A stretch of DNA of 64,000 nt from the human T2T-CHM13v2.0 reference genome, Homo sapiens, in assembly GCF_009914755.1 (NCBI RefSeq), contig NC_060929.1; one strand, 5' to 3'. Below are positions 12,695-26,830 of the stretch, one piece after another; the first letter of the stretch is position 1, and each line of letters begins with the position of its first letter. A program made the position numbers and the translations under genes. A model generated the notes under the pieces. It saw nothing but the letters and a program-made list of their open reading frames with translations. It was not told where the DNA came from and made no database searches.

Positions 12695-14431
12695 TTAAGC
12701 TGAAGGAAGATTTTGTGGTAAGGGGTGATATTGTGGGGTTGTTAGAAGAGACATTTTCATGTAGAATTATTGGTGATGGCCTGGATATGATTTTGTATGA
12801 ATTGAAAGACTAAATGGAATAAGAGAAGGAGAAAAACAGGTATTAAAGGACTAAGAATTGGGAGGACCCAGGGCATCTAATTAGAGAGTGCCTAAGGGGG
12901 TTCAGCATAATTACTTGCTTGGTTGGCAAGTTTTTGCGCTCTATCCTTGAGTTTTTTTATGTTGTCATACACCAGGCCAGATTGATTTAGGTAAAAACAA
13001 CACTCTTCATTTGAGAATATACAGAGTCCTCCTTTTTCAGCAGTGAGTAAGTCAAGGCCTCGGCGGTTTTGGAGGCCAACTGCAGCTAAAGAGTCAACTT
13101 GGGCCTGGAGGACTGATAAAGTTTGTGATATGTCTGTGATGCTAGCAGAGAAGTCATTAGAAAGGCTACAGAAGGTCGTAACAGAGGTTGAAATGCCTGC
13201 TATTCCAGTACCAAGAGCAATAGTGGAGGCAGCAAGTCTTAAACTGACAAGCAAGGGAATTAGTGGAATAACTCTTTTTTGTCGTGTCGGTGTCATGAGG
13301 GGAACAGGGAGTTCTTCAGTCCTATTTGCAAATTGAATTTTGGGAGTAAGGAAAAATAGTGTGCATGTGCCTGTCCAATTAGCAGGTAGACACATGTAGG
13401 TAGAGGATCCACAGAGGAAGAAAAGACTGTGTGCGAGACAAAACTGGAGATGCAAAGTAAAAAGATGAGAAGGAGTACTGAAAGGGGTGTCTTGTTCCTA
13501 GACTCCTAGGGATCCAGCTAGGGCGGCAGCCGTCAGAGGTTGTAATGGGGACTAATGAGGTAACTGTGTAGAGGGGGAGGTTCGATTTTCATGGTATATG
13601 AGAAAACGTCGAGTACCTATCAGTAACCTTTCACTGTTATTTTCAGGGTTGGGTATAAGTAAACAAGAAGAGGGCCTGGGAGGAGAGTCTGACAAGCAAG
13701 GGGAAGGTAGCCAAGGATGGAGTGAAATACAGGGTAAGTGTCTTCCTAAGCAATAATTACTGCTAATGTTTTTAAGTTTGCCAGTATTGATAGAGGGCTT
13801 GTCTGTAATATGGAGCTGGAAGGCTCCAGTTGTTTCAGTGATGTGTGTAGTTGGGCTTTGGAGCTGAAGAGTAAAGGAATATCAAGAAGGTGAAAGGTTA
13901 CCTAAAGGAATTCCAGTGGGTCTTTGTGGAGAGATATATAAAGAAGCAGCCACAGGAATAGTAGTTTGTGTTGTGAGAGGTCTAAATATGGGGGGAGTAG
14001 AGTTGATATAAGGAGAAAGGTTTTTTAAGTAAGTGTGGAGGAGGGTGGCAGCTTGCTGATGTGAAATGTCTGGGGAGGTCTTGCTGGACCTGTCTAGAAA
14101 GTAAATGAGTTCTTCAGGAGGGTAAAGGTGAGGGCTGTTAAAGGAAGTTCAGAGGTGTAGGGAGACAGGAGATGTTGCCTAGTCTGCATGTAAGGCGGGG
14201 ACAGCTGTGTAGGCGCTGGAAGAAAGGGAAATGCAAAGCCAGTGGTTGTTCGCTAAGGAGGGATTAGAAACAGCTAGGAGAGAATGAGTAAGGTTGATAG
14301 TGTGGTGGAGATAGCTGGGGAGAGGTAGAGGGTGGCATAAGAATGGGTATGAGAATAAGAGTGAGTATAAAAGTAAAGAACAGAACTTCAGGGTGAAAGT
14401 ATTGGAGGGTCCTCTGGCCAGCAAAGATCAT
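12695..14431 (-). pseudogene. HERV-H env, near full length but interrupted by stops and frameshifts
   Basis: ATG ATC TTT GCT GGC at 14431; SU LLYSLLFSYPFLCHPLPLPSYLHHTINLTHS (CWLC changed to HWLC); furin site RQKR; ISD LQNRRGLDLLTAEKGGLC; CX6CC; premature stops such as 12892 and 14179. Confidence 0.92.
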
Positions 14432-14449
14432 CTATCCACTCTAAGAGAG

Positions 14450-15760
14450 AGTTAAGAGTTGCCAGTCCTGGGTGGGGCAAATCCCCGAGCTTGATGTGTA
14501 GGGAAGGGAGGGGGCCTGAATAATCCCTGAGGAGTAGTAGAATAGCAGATGGAACACAGAGAAGTTATTTCCTTGAGGACAGATGGAAAGGAAATGAGAG
14601 GTTCTAAGAGGTGGGCTGGTGGCTTGTACTATAGCATAGCCTGCCTTTGCTGGTGTGTGGCAATTAGGCCTGGTGAAACTATCATCAATAAACCAAATGT
14701 GATCAGGGTGAGGAACAGGGAAGAAGGAAATATGGGGAAATGGGGTGAATGTCAGGTGGATCAGAGAGATACAGTCATGAGGGTCAGGTGTGGTATCAGG
14801 AATAATGTGGGAGGCCGGATTGAAGTCCAGGCCAGGAACAATGGTAATTGTGGGAGACTCAACAAAGAGTGAGTATAGCTGAAGGAGCTGGGAAGCAGAA
14901 AGTATATGCGTCAGGTATGAGGCAGAAAATAGATTTTGGAAGTTATAAGAACTGTAGAGAGTGAGTTCAGCATAGTTTGTGATTTTGAGGGCCTCTAAAA
15001 GTATTAAGGCAGTGGCAGCCGCTGCATGCAGACATGAGGGCTAGGCTAAAACAGTAAGGTTAAGTTGTTTGGGCTACAGGGCCTGGTCCCAGCTCTTGTG
15101 TAAGAATTCTGACCACACTAACCATGCCTAGGAAGGAAAGGAGTTGTTGTTTTGTAGGAGGGATTGAGGTTTGGGAGATTAGTTGGACACGATCAGCAGG
15201 GAGAGCACGTGTGTTTTTATGAGAATTATGCCGAGATAGGTAACAGATGAGGATGAAATTTGGGCTTGACTGAACTAATGGCTATCTGTGAAGCCCTGTG
15301 GCAGCACAGCCTAGGTAATTTGCTAAGCCTGTTGGGTGTCAGGGTCAGTCTAAGTGAAAGTGAAGAGAGGCTGGGATGAAAGGTGCAAAGGGATAGTAAA
15401 GAAAGCATGTTTGAGATCCAGAACAGAATAATGGGTTGTGGAGGGAAGTATTGAGGATAAGAGAGTATATGTGTTTGGCACCATGGGGTGGATAGGCAAA
15501 ACAATTTGGTTGATAAGGCGCAGATCCTGAACTAACCTGCAAGGCTTGTCTGGTTCTAGAACAGGTAAAATGGGGGAATTGTAAGGAGAATTTATAGGCT
15601 TTAAAAGGCCATGCTGTAGCAGGCGAGTGATAACAGGCTTTAATCCTTTTAAAGCATGCTGTGGGATGGGATATTGGCGTTGCGTGGGGTAAGGGTGATT
15701 AGATTTTAATAAGATGGTAATGGGCATGTGATCGGTTGCCAGGGAGGGAGTAGAGATGTC
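14450..15760 (-). pseudogene. HERV-H pol remnant (RT N-terminus plus internally deleted remainder)
   Basis: YNSPILPV...RLVQDLRLIN...YSVLDLKHAFFTIPL; only ~1.3 kb lies between pro and env, far shorter than a complete pol. Confidence 0.88.
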
Positions 15761-16165
15761 CTATACTTGTGGGTTAAGGTTGGGGGATACGAGAGGAAGA
15801 TGCAAAGGAGGCTTTGGGTTGGGAAGAAGGGCAGCAATGAGATGTGGTCCAAGAATAGACAGGGAAGCAGATAATTTAATTAAAATGTCTTGGCCTGATA
15901 AGGGAGCTGGGCAGGTGGGGATAACTAAAAAGGAATGCTTAAAAGAGTATTGTCTAAGTTGGCACCAGAGTTGGGGAGTTTTAAGAGGTTTAGAAGCCTG
16001 GCCATCAATACCCACAACAGTTATGGAGGCAAGGGAAACAGGCCCTTGAAAAGAAGGTAATGTGGAGTGGGTAGCCTCCTTATTGATTAAGAAGGGGATG
16101 GACTTACCCTTCACTGTGAGAGTTACCCAGAGCACCTGTGATGGTCCTGTAGGCTTCCGAGGCAA
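15761..16165 (-). pseudogene. HERV-H protease remnant
   Basis: VTLTVKGKSIPFLINKEATHSTLP (catalytic DTGA degenerated) and VVGIDG flap. Confidence 0.85.
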
Positions 16166-16189
16166 TCGGGCAGTGTCAGTCTTCAGCTG

Positions 16190-17759
16190 CTAAGCCAAGA
16201 AAATCTGGGAAGGAGTCAGAGAGCCTTGGGCCAGAGTTCCAGGGGTGCTGGAACTGGCTGCCAGGTGAGTTGAACAGTCCGATTTTCAGTGGGGTCTCGC
16301 ACAGATGGGACACGGCTCAGGAGGAATCCTGGGCTGTGGGCATTTCTTGGCCCAGCGGCCAGATTTCCGGCACTTGTAGCAAGCTCTTGGGGGAGGAGGT
16401 TCTGAAGGAACCTCTGGCAGCTGCGGTTCAGGCGTTTGGAGTTCTTGTGTGCTGGGAGATGTAGCTGGGGTTTCTCTCACAGTGGAGGCAAGGAATTGCA
16501 ACTCAGAAATATGTTGCTACTTGGCTGCCTCTACTCTATTATTGTACACCTTGAAGGCAAGGTTAATTAAGTCCTGTTGTGGGGTTTGAGGGCCAGAATT
16601 TAAATTTTGAAGTTTGAGTGGATTGGGTGGTAAAATGCATATTAAGAATAAGGCGGCCTTCTGGCCCCTCTGTGTCTAGGGTGGTAAAGCGTCTAAGGGT
16701 TGCTGCTAAGCTGGCCATGAACTGGGCTGGGTTTTCGTCTTCATCTTGGGTAGTTTCTTTAAGCTTGTCATAATTAACAGCCTTGTAAGCTGCCTTTTTA
16801 AGCCCTTCAACTAGGCAGGAAATCATTTAATCTCGCCTGGCTATACCTGGGGAATCTGCCTGATAGTTTCATTGGGGATCCTCTCGGGGAACAGCTCTAA
16901 TGTGTTCCTGGAGGTCTGGCTTGTGAAGCCAGCGGTTATCAGCATAAGATTGGGCTAGAGAAAAAACTCTTTCCCATTCATCTGGGGAGAGGCTAGAAGT
17001 CAGGATGACATTTAAGTCACTCCAGGTTAAGTTGCAGGACAGAGTTAGATATTAGAATTCCTGTGTATATTTAGTGGGGTCTGATGAGAAAGAGCCTAAA
17101 CGCTGACTGATCTGAGAGAGGTCTGATAGAGAAAAAGGTACATGTACCCTGACTCTGCATTCAGCTCCAGCCACTTCTCTAAGAGGAAATTGTTGGGCAG
17201 GTGGGGAAGAGCTAGTCATGGAACTAAACTGTAAGCCCGACCGGATGTGAGGAGGGGAGGTGATAGAAGGATTATAGGGTGGAGGAGCGGAGGCTGAAGA
17301 GGAATTGGGACTTAGCTCAGCCTGGCAATGAGCAGCCTGGGGAGAAGGGGAGAGGTCAGATGGGTCTGTAAAAAAAGAAGACTGGAAAGACTCAGTGACG
17401 CTTGGGGTTGGGACTGAGGGGACAGGCAGGAGGGAAAGGAGGAGGATTTGGGAGGAATCACATTAGGAACAGAGACTAGGGAGGGAATGAAGTGTGAAAA
17501 ATGCCTGGATGTAAGGCACCTCAGACCATTTGCCCATTTTTCGACAAAAATTATTTAGGTCTTGTAGGATGGAGAAATCGAAAGTGCCATTTTCTGGCCA
17601 TTTAGAGCCATTGTCAAGTTTGTATTGGGGCCAAGCAGTGTTGCAGAAGAAAATAAGGCATTTAGGTTTTAGGTCAGGTGTGAGTTGAAGAGGTTTTAAG
17701 TTTTTGAGAACACACACTAAGGGAGAAGAGGGAGGAAGGAAGGGTGGAAGGTTGCCCAT
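16190..17759 (-). pseudogene. HERV-H gag, disrupted
   Basis: ATG at 17759: MGNLPP...FFCNTAWPQYKLDNGSKWPENGTFDF (MA); KAVNYDKLKETTQDEDENPAQF (major homology region); CYKCRKSGRWAKKC and CPIC zinc-knuckle remnants; several stops. Confidence 0.88.
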
Positions 17760-17791
17760 AGTGAAGGAGGCAAGCCCAGGAAAAAGAGAGA

Positions 17792-18258
17792 GTAGAGACA
17801 TGCAGAGAAGGGGTTGGGGGTTTCTTGCCCTCCAGAAAAGTGGAGAAGGGGTAGAGACATGGAGAGAAGGGGTCGGGGGGTTCTTGCCCTCCAGAAAAGT
17901 GGAGAAGGGGTAGGGACGCAGAGAGCAGGGGTCAGGGGGTTCTTGCCCTCCAGAAAAGCAGAGAAGGGGTAGAGACACGGAGAGAAGGGGTGGGGTGGGG
18001 GGTTCTTGCCCTCCAGAAAAGCAGACGAGGGGTAGAGACACGGAGAGAAGGGGTCAGGGGGTTCTTGCCCTCCAGAAAAGCGGGCAAGGGGTAGACACAC
18101 AGAGAGAAGGGGTCAGGGGGTTTTTGCTCTCCAGAAAAGTGGACAAGGGGTAGAGACACGGAGAGAAGGGGTTGGGGGGTTCTTGCCTTCCAGAAAAGCA
18201 GAGAAGGGGTACAGACATGGAGAGAAGGGGTCAGGGGGTTCTTGCCCCCAGAAAAGCG
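17792..18258. repeat. ~59-bp tandem array (about 8 units) in the HERV-H pre-gag leader
   Basis: Unit ttcttgccctccagaaaagYRgagaaggggtagagacacggagagaaggggtcaggggg starts near 17822, 17881, 17940, 18003, 18062, 18121, 18180 and 18239 (partial). Confidence 0.92.
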
Positions 18259-18560
18259 GTACTTGCCACTAAGGGTGAAGGACCAAGACAGGTGTCCCTG
18301 CATGGTCAGACACCTCTGAAACATGAGTGAATAATCAGGCAGGCATCCCTGCATGATTAAACACCAAGGGAAGACTGTCTTCCTGAGTCTGTGACCAGTG
18401 CCAGAGTTTTGGGTCTGTGGATAAAACACATCTCCTTTGTCTCTACCAGAAAAGGAAAGGAACTGAAATTAAGAGAAGGGAGAGATTGAAGTGTGGCACC
18501 AAGATTGAAAGGAGAAAGAGGTTGAGGGATAGTGAGAGAGGTTGGAGAAGAGAGTAAAAA

Positions 18561-19338
18561 TGTTACTGGGGGTCCTTGCTCCTAGAGCTCCTAAGATGGT
18601 GGTGGGCAACTTCTAAAATGGCAGTGGGCCACTTCCAAGATGGTGGCAAGCCTCGTGTTCTTTCACCTGGGGTTCTTGGCCTCACGGATTCCAAGGAATG
18701 GAATCTTGGGCCATGTGGTGAGTGTTGTGGCTCTATTAGAAGTTGTGGGTCACGGAAGAGAACCGTGGAACCCAGTGACTAGTGTTCAGCTCGATTAGGA
18801 TGAACCCAGGCACTCAGTCGTGCAGGAACAATGACAAGCCTTTAGCCTGATCGGGAGTGGCAATGGGTGCCTCCCTGGATCAGGAGCACAGTGGACACCC
18901 TGCTGGATCTGGAGGGATGGAAGTCAGTGGCAGGTCTGTGACAACAGCGAAACAGCAGTGGTGGATGGCAAGCAAAAGCTCAGCTCAAGTCTTAACAAAC
19001 ACAGACCAGAAGAGTGCAGTTGCAAGATTTAATAGAGTGAAATAGAGTGAAAACAGAGCTCCATACAAGGAGGGGACCCAAAGGGGATTGCCGTTGCCAG
19101 CTCGAATGCCTGGATTTATATCCTGATCCTTGTCCCTCCTGCTGTGCTCTCAGGCAATAGATGATTGGCTATTTCTTTACCTCCTATTTTTGCCTAATTA
19201 GCATTTTACTGTGCTCTCTGATTGGTCAGGTGTGTGCTCAGTTGCAAGCCCCATGTTTAAAGGTGGATGCGGTCACCTTCCCAGCTAGGCTTAGGGATTC
19301 TTAGTCGGCCTAGGAAATCCAGCTAGTCCTGTCTCTCA
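18561..19338 (-). mobile_element. HERV-W 3' LTR (LTR17), complete U3-R-U5
   Basis: Minus strand reads TGAGAGACAGGACTAGCTGGATTTCCTAGG...GGATATAAA...ATTAAA...GCAAGGACCCCCAGTAACA; preceded by the polypurine tract GTTGAGAGGGGGTAC. Confidence 0.96.
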
Positions 19339-19396
19339 GTACCCCCTCTCAACAGGAAAACCTAAGTGCTGTTGGGGAGGTTGGCCGACGACCACT

Positions 19397-21023
19397 CTAA
19401 CTGCTTCCTGCTGAATTGGGGTGTAGTAGGGGTTGTGCAGTTGAAATTTCCTCTGGAGGGGTGCCTTCAATGTCATTAACATCAGAGCATGGGCTAGCAG
19501 GCCAGTCCAGGGGTCCGCGGTAGATCTTAGTTATGGGCTGCATCTGGGGCTCCATTTGAAGAATGATTTGTAGTTTTACAGCTTCGATTCTGGAAGAGAC
19601 AAACTTAACAAGGAGGTTAAAGATACAGGGTCTAAAAATGAGTAGCAATATTATAGCTGCTAGAGGTCCTAAGAAGGGGAAAATCCAGGGCATCCATTGG
19701 CTGAGGAGGCCTCAGTGTCCCACGTTTTGAAGCTCTTTTGCTCTACGTTGTATTTGATTTCGAATTTCTTTAACTTTCTCAGTGACGATTCTGGATTGAT
19801 TAACATAATAACAGCATTCTTCCTTTAAAAATAAACAGATTCCTCCTCTTTCGGAGGTTAGCAAATCTAAAGCTCTTCAATTTTGAAAGACTACTGTTGC
19901 TAGGGAGTTAAGTTGATCTTGCAAGGTGACCAGGGAGTCGGCGACCTGTTCCTTGTCACCATTTAGTTCTTGAGATAGTTTGTAGTAGAACTGAGTAGAG
20001 GTTGTGATACTGCCAATGCCAGTACCTAGTCCACCTAACACTCCTGCTCCGATAACAAAAGGAAGAATGGGTACTCTTTTGTTGTGGGGCTTAGGTACAA
20101 CATAATTTTATAAATCTTGTTCAGTATAAATGGTCATAAGAGGCACTAAGAATGAGAGGAAGCATATAGATTCTGAAGAGCCATTTAAACAATGATAGGC
20201 TGAGGTACTACAGACAAAAAATATTCCTGAGGGTAGGCAGACTATTCATGTGGGAGGAGTTACCCACCTGTTGCATTGGGAGTTGGTTGTGTCTATATTG
20301 TTGCTAAATTTTACACAGGTGAGGTTTGAGGTATGGGTTATTTTCAGATTGGAAACAAGAGGTCCTACTAAAATGGAAGTGGTGTTTATTTCTGTGCTGA
20401 AGTTGTTCCATTGTTCAGGTACAGGGATTGAAACATATGGCCTGAAGTGCAGGGGGAGGCACATCCAACAGTTAGTAGGGTTTTGGGCTGAGACCTCATG
20501 GAGCCCAGTGAGGGTGGTATTAAATAGGCTTACTAAGTGAGTGTGGGTACGGAGGGTTTCATGTAGTTTTGAGAGATCTAGTCCTTTGTAGGGGCTAGGG
20601 GTGCTATGTACCTGGGTCAGTTGGGAGATTACTTCCTTTACATGTTTTTCTCTTGCCTGATCTTGAACTCCACCTCCATCAGACATACCGGTATGGGTGA
20701 AGTAAGTCCAACAGACAGTAGCTCCAAGTCCTCCAGGACAACTAGGATTAATATTTTTCCTGTCTAATAATGAGTATTTGCATGCATGCAAAGAGTGGCA
20801 GAGTTATAACAGTTGCAGGGCATATGGGTGTGGGCAGTGAAGGGGGGATTCCGTTAGATAAACTCCTATATAATGGGGCATCAATATTTCTGGGATGCCT
20901 CATTCTCTATAGAAACTCTTGGTAAGGGGAGCTATTGGTGGTACAGTGGCATGGAGGGGGTGCAGTGAGAGTGAAAGGGGGTAAGAGAACAGTAAAGAGA
21001 AAAATATGATAAGGGAGGGCCAG
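19397..21023 (-). pseudogene. HERV-W env pseudogene (syncytin-1 family, not ERVW-1)
   Basis: Start ATG changed to CTG at 21023; TAG at about codon 39; CWMC motif; furin site changed to HNKR; stop inside the ISD (FQN*RALDLL); tail ...KLQIILQMEPQ...NSAGSS. Confidence 0.93.
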
Positions 21024-21029
21024 GGGGAT

Positions 21030-23038
<2,009 letters not shown>

Positions 23039-23040
<2 letters not shown>

Positions 23041-23307
23041 ACATGCACACAGGGAGAACTCTATGTGAAGATGAAGGCAGAGATTGGTGTGATGTTTCTA
23101 CAAGCCAAGGAATGCCAATGATTGTCAGCAAACTATCAGAAGCTAGGAGAGAGGCATGGAACAGATTCTTACAACCTTCAGAAGGAACCAACTCTACTGA
23201 TAACTTAATCTTGGACTTTTAGCTCCACAACTGTGAGACAATACCTTCTGTTTTATAAGCCACCTAATTCATGGTACTTTATTATGGCAGCCCAGTAAAC
23301 CAATACA
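23039..23307 (+). mobile_element. MLT1B-like MaLR LTR, 3' half only
   Basis: atgtgaagatgaaggcagagattgg...caagccaaggaatgcc...agaagctaggagagaggcatggaacagattc...ggcagcccagtaaaccaataCA. Confidence 0.85.
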
Positions 23308-23779
23308 CATGGCCAGAAGTTACCTTAAGTCATGAAGTTATCTTCCTGTTCCTATGTCTCCACCTCCCTCAGAGTTCCCCAGCCTCTGATGCCTTTGACC
23401 CTATTACCTTGATACCTCATCAACAGCCATATGTAGATAAGTCAGGAAAGTTACTGGTCATAATAACAAACTGTCCCCCTCTTTCTCCCCTTTCTTCTAT
23501 AGTCCCCTGGTGATATTATAAAAGCATGCACGGACTTTCAGGTTTATTGTTATTACTCATCACTATTACTAAATAATGGTAATGAATAACTAGTATTGTT
23601 ATCTACAACTAAGAAGCTTAGGGATAACTTTTTACTACCCTTTTTTTCCAGACACACTTAGAAGCAAGCTCAAGGTATGAGAGGAGCACAGAATTTCAGT
23701 GACACAAATATCAAATTACTCAGTGGTATAAAAACCTCCTTCTGAAATCCAGTTCCTTTCATTTTCAGCACAACGTAAG

Positions 23780-24222
23780 ACAAGTCTAACGGTTGTAGCA
23801 GATACTATTGGGCACAGGCCATAAAAACCCTCATCACTTGCTGTGCCAGTACATGTAGACAGGGTCCTACTGCAAGCAGATGAAACTCTTAGCCTGAGTG
23901 CCCTCTCTCGGCCAGTCGAAAGGGCAGGGCAGAAGTGCTCAGAATTAAGGCCCCTGGGAATAGCCTCAGCCAATGATAGATGGGAGTCAAAAGAAAAATA
24001 TCCTACTTCTCTAATCCCATAGGTGGGATAAATCTTAGGAGTGTTCCCAGAGGGTTAGAGCACCAGTTGCCTCCTGTCACAACCACTGTGATGATACACT
24101 CCTTTTAGCTTCCTTCCCTTCCCCTCTCACACTTTCACTCCCCTGTGATCACTTCCCAAATAAACTACTTGTACTCAATTTCCCAACTCAGAGTTTGCTT
24201 CTAGAGAAACCAAGCTAAGACA
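23780..24222 (+). mobile_element. LTR16-family ERVL LTR
   Basis: gaattaaggcccctgggaatagcctcagccaatga...gatcacttcccaaataaactacttgtactc...gaaaccaagctaagaCA. Left end approximate. Confidence 0.7.
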
Positions 24223-24352
24223 ATAGTGTAAGAGTATAATAGTAAATTATACTATTTAATTTTTAACTCTTCTTCTATGCGCTGATATGTTTGTAACTGG
24301 TAAATCTTTCTATAGAGACCAAAGTGATTTTATTTCATAGACAAAATTTGAT

Positions 24353-25194
24353 TGTCACTGGGGCTATCCACAAATGTTCTGTTTCTCCTCTGTCCAGGTA
24401 TATGGTAGGTTTCCATCCTTCCCACCCTCCATCCTTCCCACACTCCACACACAAGACAGATATTGCCATATGGCCTTGTGACTTGATGTGGCCAATGAAA
24501 TGGGAGTGAAAATGTTGTGTCTTTAAGAGTCAGGGCATGAACTCTTATGTCCATTTTTGTGTGTGTGTGTGCCTTGGTGAGTGGTAGACAGACTTTCAGA
24601 TGGCCCCCAATAATCCTTGCCACCTGGAATTCACATCCATGTGCAATCCCCTACCCTTGAGTGTGGGCTGATTTGATGACCTGCAACAAATCACTAGAAT
24701 ATGGCAAAGGTGATGGGAGGCCACTTCCATTATTGTATTACATAAAACTATAAACTCTATCTTGCTAGCACATTCTCTTCCTGCAAGGAACTGAAATCTA
24801 TCAACAACCACATAAGCTTGGAAGCAAATCCTTCCCCAGAAAAACCTTCAGGTGAGACTCCCAACCCTGACTAACACCTTGATAGCAGCCTTGTGAGAGA
24901 TCTTGAAGCCAAGGACCCAATTCAAGCCATGCCTGGATTCCTGACCCATAAAACCTGTGAGAAAATAAGCAGGTGGTTTTTTTCTTAAATTGCTAAGTTG
25001 GTGATAATATGATACAGAGCAATAGAAAACAAATTGGCAATTGTGGCAACACAGATATGGAGCCTCCTTTAAGCTAGGTTCCAGCTGACCCAATGGACAT
25101 GTGGTGTGGTTGCAAAATGAAGCTTTAGTATTTAAAGCAACTATGATTTTGGAGTTGTTACTAAAGCATACTTTAGCTTATCTTGACTGAATTA
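24353..25194 (+). mobile_element. Old MaLR LTR (MLT1I/J-like) split by a younger MLT1
   Basis: 5' part has gtgacttgatgtggccaatgaaatgggag; 3' part has ttgttactaaagcatactttagcttatcttgactga. Confidence 0.5.
24581..25036 (+). mobile_element. MLT1E/F-like LTR (nested)
   Basis: gtggtagacagactttcagatggccccca...ccttgagtgtgggctg...gcagccttgtgaga...cctggattcctgacccata...gcaatagaaaac. Confidence 0.75.
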
Positions 25195-26162
25195 TAAGGC
25201 AGTTTTTTGCTCTCCCTGCCAGGCTACCACATTATTGAACAAAGAAAAAACCCAGCTATGATAGTCACCTTGAGTTATGCAGACAACAGAATTTTGCATG
25301 GATCCAAAACTTAGTTTAAAAATCTTACCTCCTCCCAAATTAATATTCAGCTATAATAACCTCTGTGCCTTTCTCAGCACTGATTTTAAAATATGACCTC
25401 ATCAAAGTTAAGACCTATTCAAATCTCATCTTTGAAATGCAAATGATGCTAATATTATGCCAAATTTCAGAGTAATTGCCTCAAAAATCTAAAACAGGAT
25501 AGCTAGTTCTATCCTTATTGAAAATAACAACAACCCAGCATCTCTCTCTAGTTTGGTGATTTGCCTTTCTGACATTTTGTGTTTAGCAGGAGGTTAATTA
25601 GACACAATTGCAACTCTGCTGTGCTGCCCTAGGGCATAACACAAAGGGCCAATTTGGAGACAACTGAATCTTAGAAACCCTAGGAGATACCAGCTTGAAA
25701 TTTCCAGCAGGTTTAAAACAGAATCTTCTTTACAAATTTAGTAGCTTTATTGGAACTTTAGGTTTGCAGCATAAACCCTAATTGGACTAAAGTTTTCATT
25801 GCAATGAGCTGCTCAAGGACATAATGAAAAGTCAACTTTCTGATGTGTTTATCTATTTCTTGGCTCCTAGGCACAATTGGAAATGCTAATACTCAGATGC
25901 TGTTCTATAGAAAGAAACTGAGGACTTTTTTTTCTTTTGAATTATGGAATGCAGGTTTTTCTGACCCCAAAGCTAACTCACACTATTAGACCACCAGTGA
26001 AACAAAGAGAAAATGTAAATGCAGAAAGTGAGTATACTAGAAACAACTAACTGTAGCTCTCTGAATGCCATAGCAAAGGGAAGAAGGTAATAATACCCCA
26101 GGATTGAGAGCTTTAGGACAGACAGGCCAGCCTCAGGCTTCTACCTTCCAGTCATTTCTTTC

Positions 26163-26524
26163 CTTCTTAGTCCATTTGGGCTGCTATAACAGAATACCAC
26201 AACCTAGGGGGCTTATAAACAGCAGAAATTTGTTTCTCACAGTTCTAGAGGCTGGGAAGTCTAAGATCAGGGTGCCAGCAGATTTGGTATCTGGTGAGGG
26301 TCCATTTCCTTGTTCATAGATGATGCTTCTAGCAGTGTCCTCATGTGGTGGAAGGGGCAAGGAGTCTCTCTAGGACCTCTTTTATAAGGGCGCTAATCCC
26401 TTTCATGACGGCTCCATTGTCATGCCTTAATCACCTCCTAAAGACCCCACTTCCTTATACTATCACTGTACGTTAGGTTTCAACATATGAGTTTTAGGAG
26501 GACTCAAACATCCAGACTGAAGCA
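26163..26524 (-). mobile_element. MLT1A-like MaLR LTR
   Basis: cttagtccatttgggctgctataacagaatacc...gctgggaagtctaagatcagggtgccagcagatttgg...aaacatccagactgaagca. Confidence 0.88.
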
Positions 26525-26649
26525 CCTCATACCCAACTTGGAAGGCTCTTGTCCTTCTTTTAGCCACATGCTCAGTCCTTTAAGATTCAGCTCATATCAG
26601 GTTACTTCTCTCCCAAGAAGTCTAATCAGTCCACTACACTAAAATCATT

Positions 26650-26830
26650 AGAGAAAACAGGTCTGGATTCCAATCCCAAACCCCTCATCTACCAGTTGTG
26701 TGAATTTAATCAAAGTGCTTCTCTAAACCTGAGTTTTCTAGAATGGGGATAATACCTTAGAAGCTGTAGAAAGGATTACATGGGACTGTACATGGAAAGT
26801 CCTTAGCCCAGGGCTGGGTACCTTATTAAG
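26650..26830 (+). mobile_element. MIR SINE
   Basis: ctggattccaatccc...accagttgtgtga...tctctaaacctgagtttt...aatggggataatacct...ccttagcccagggctgg. Confidence 0.65.

Larger units (their letters stand above)
12535..18560 (-). mobile_element. HERV-H internal region (partial leader, gag, pro, deleted pol, env); 5' LTR and PBS absent
   Basis: Recognisable HERV-H leader, gag, pro, RT and env translations. The leader is cut at TTTTTACTCTCTTCTCCAAC, where LTR17 abuts. Confidence 0.95.

Noticed and set aside
17463-18041. 192-aa ORF reading from the leader repeats into gag MA (glyco-gag-like)
   Set aside because: GTG start inside a stop-poor repeat and termination early in gag; no evidence of function.
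17792-18258. Regular array that superficially resembles CRISPR
   Set aside because: Head-to-tail units without unique spacers, in a eukaryotic ERV leader, with no cas genes.
19397-21023. Syncytin-1 (ERVW-1)
   Set aside because: Start codon lost, multiple stops, furin site mutated, and it retains the four tail residues (LQII) that are deleted in syncytin-1.
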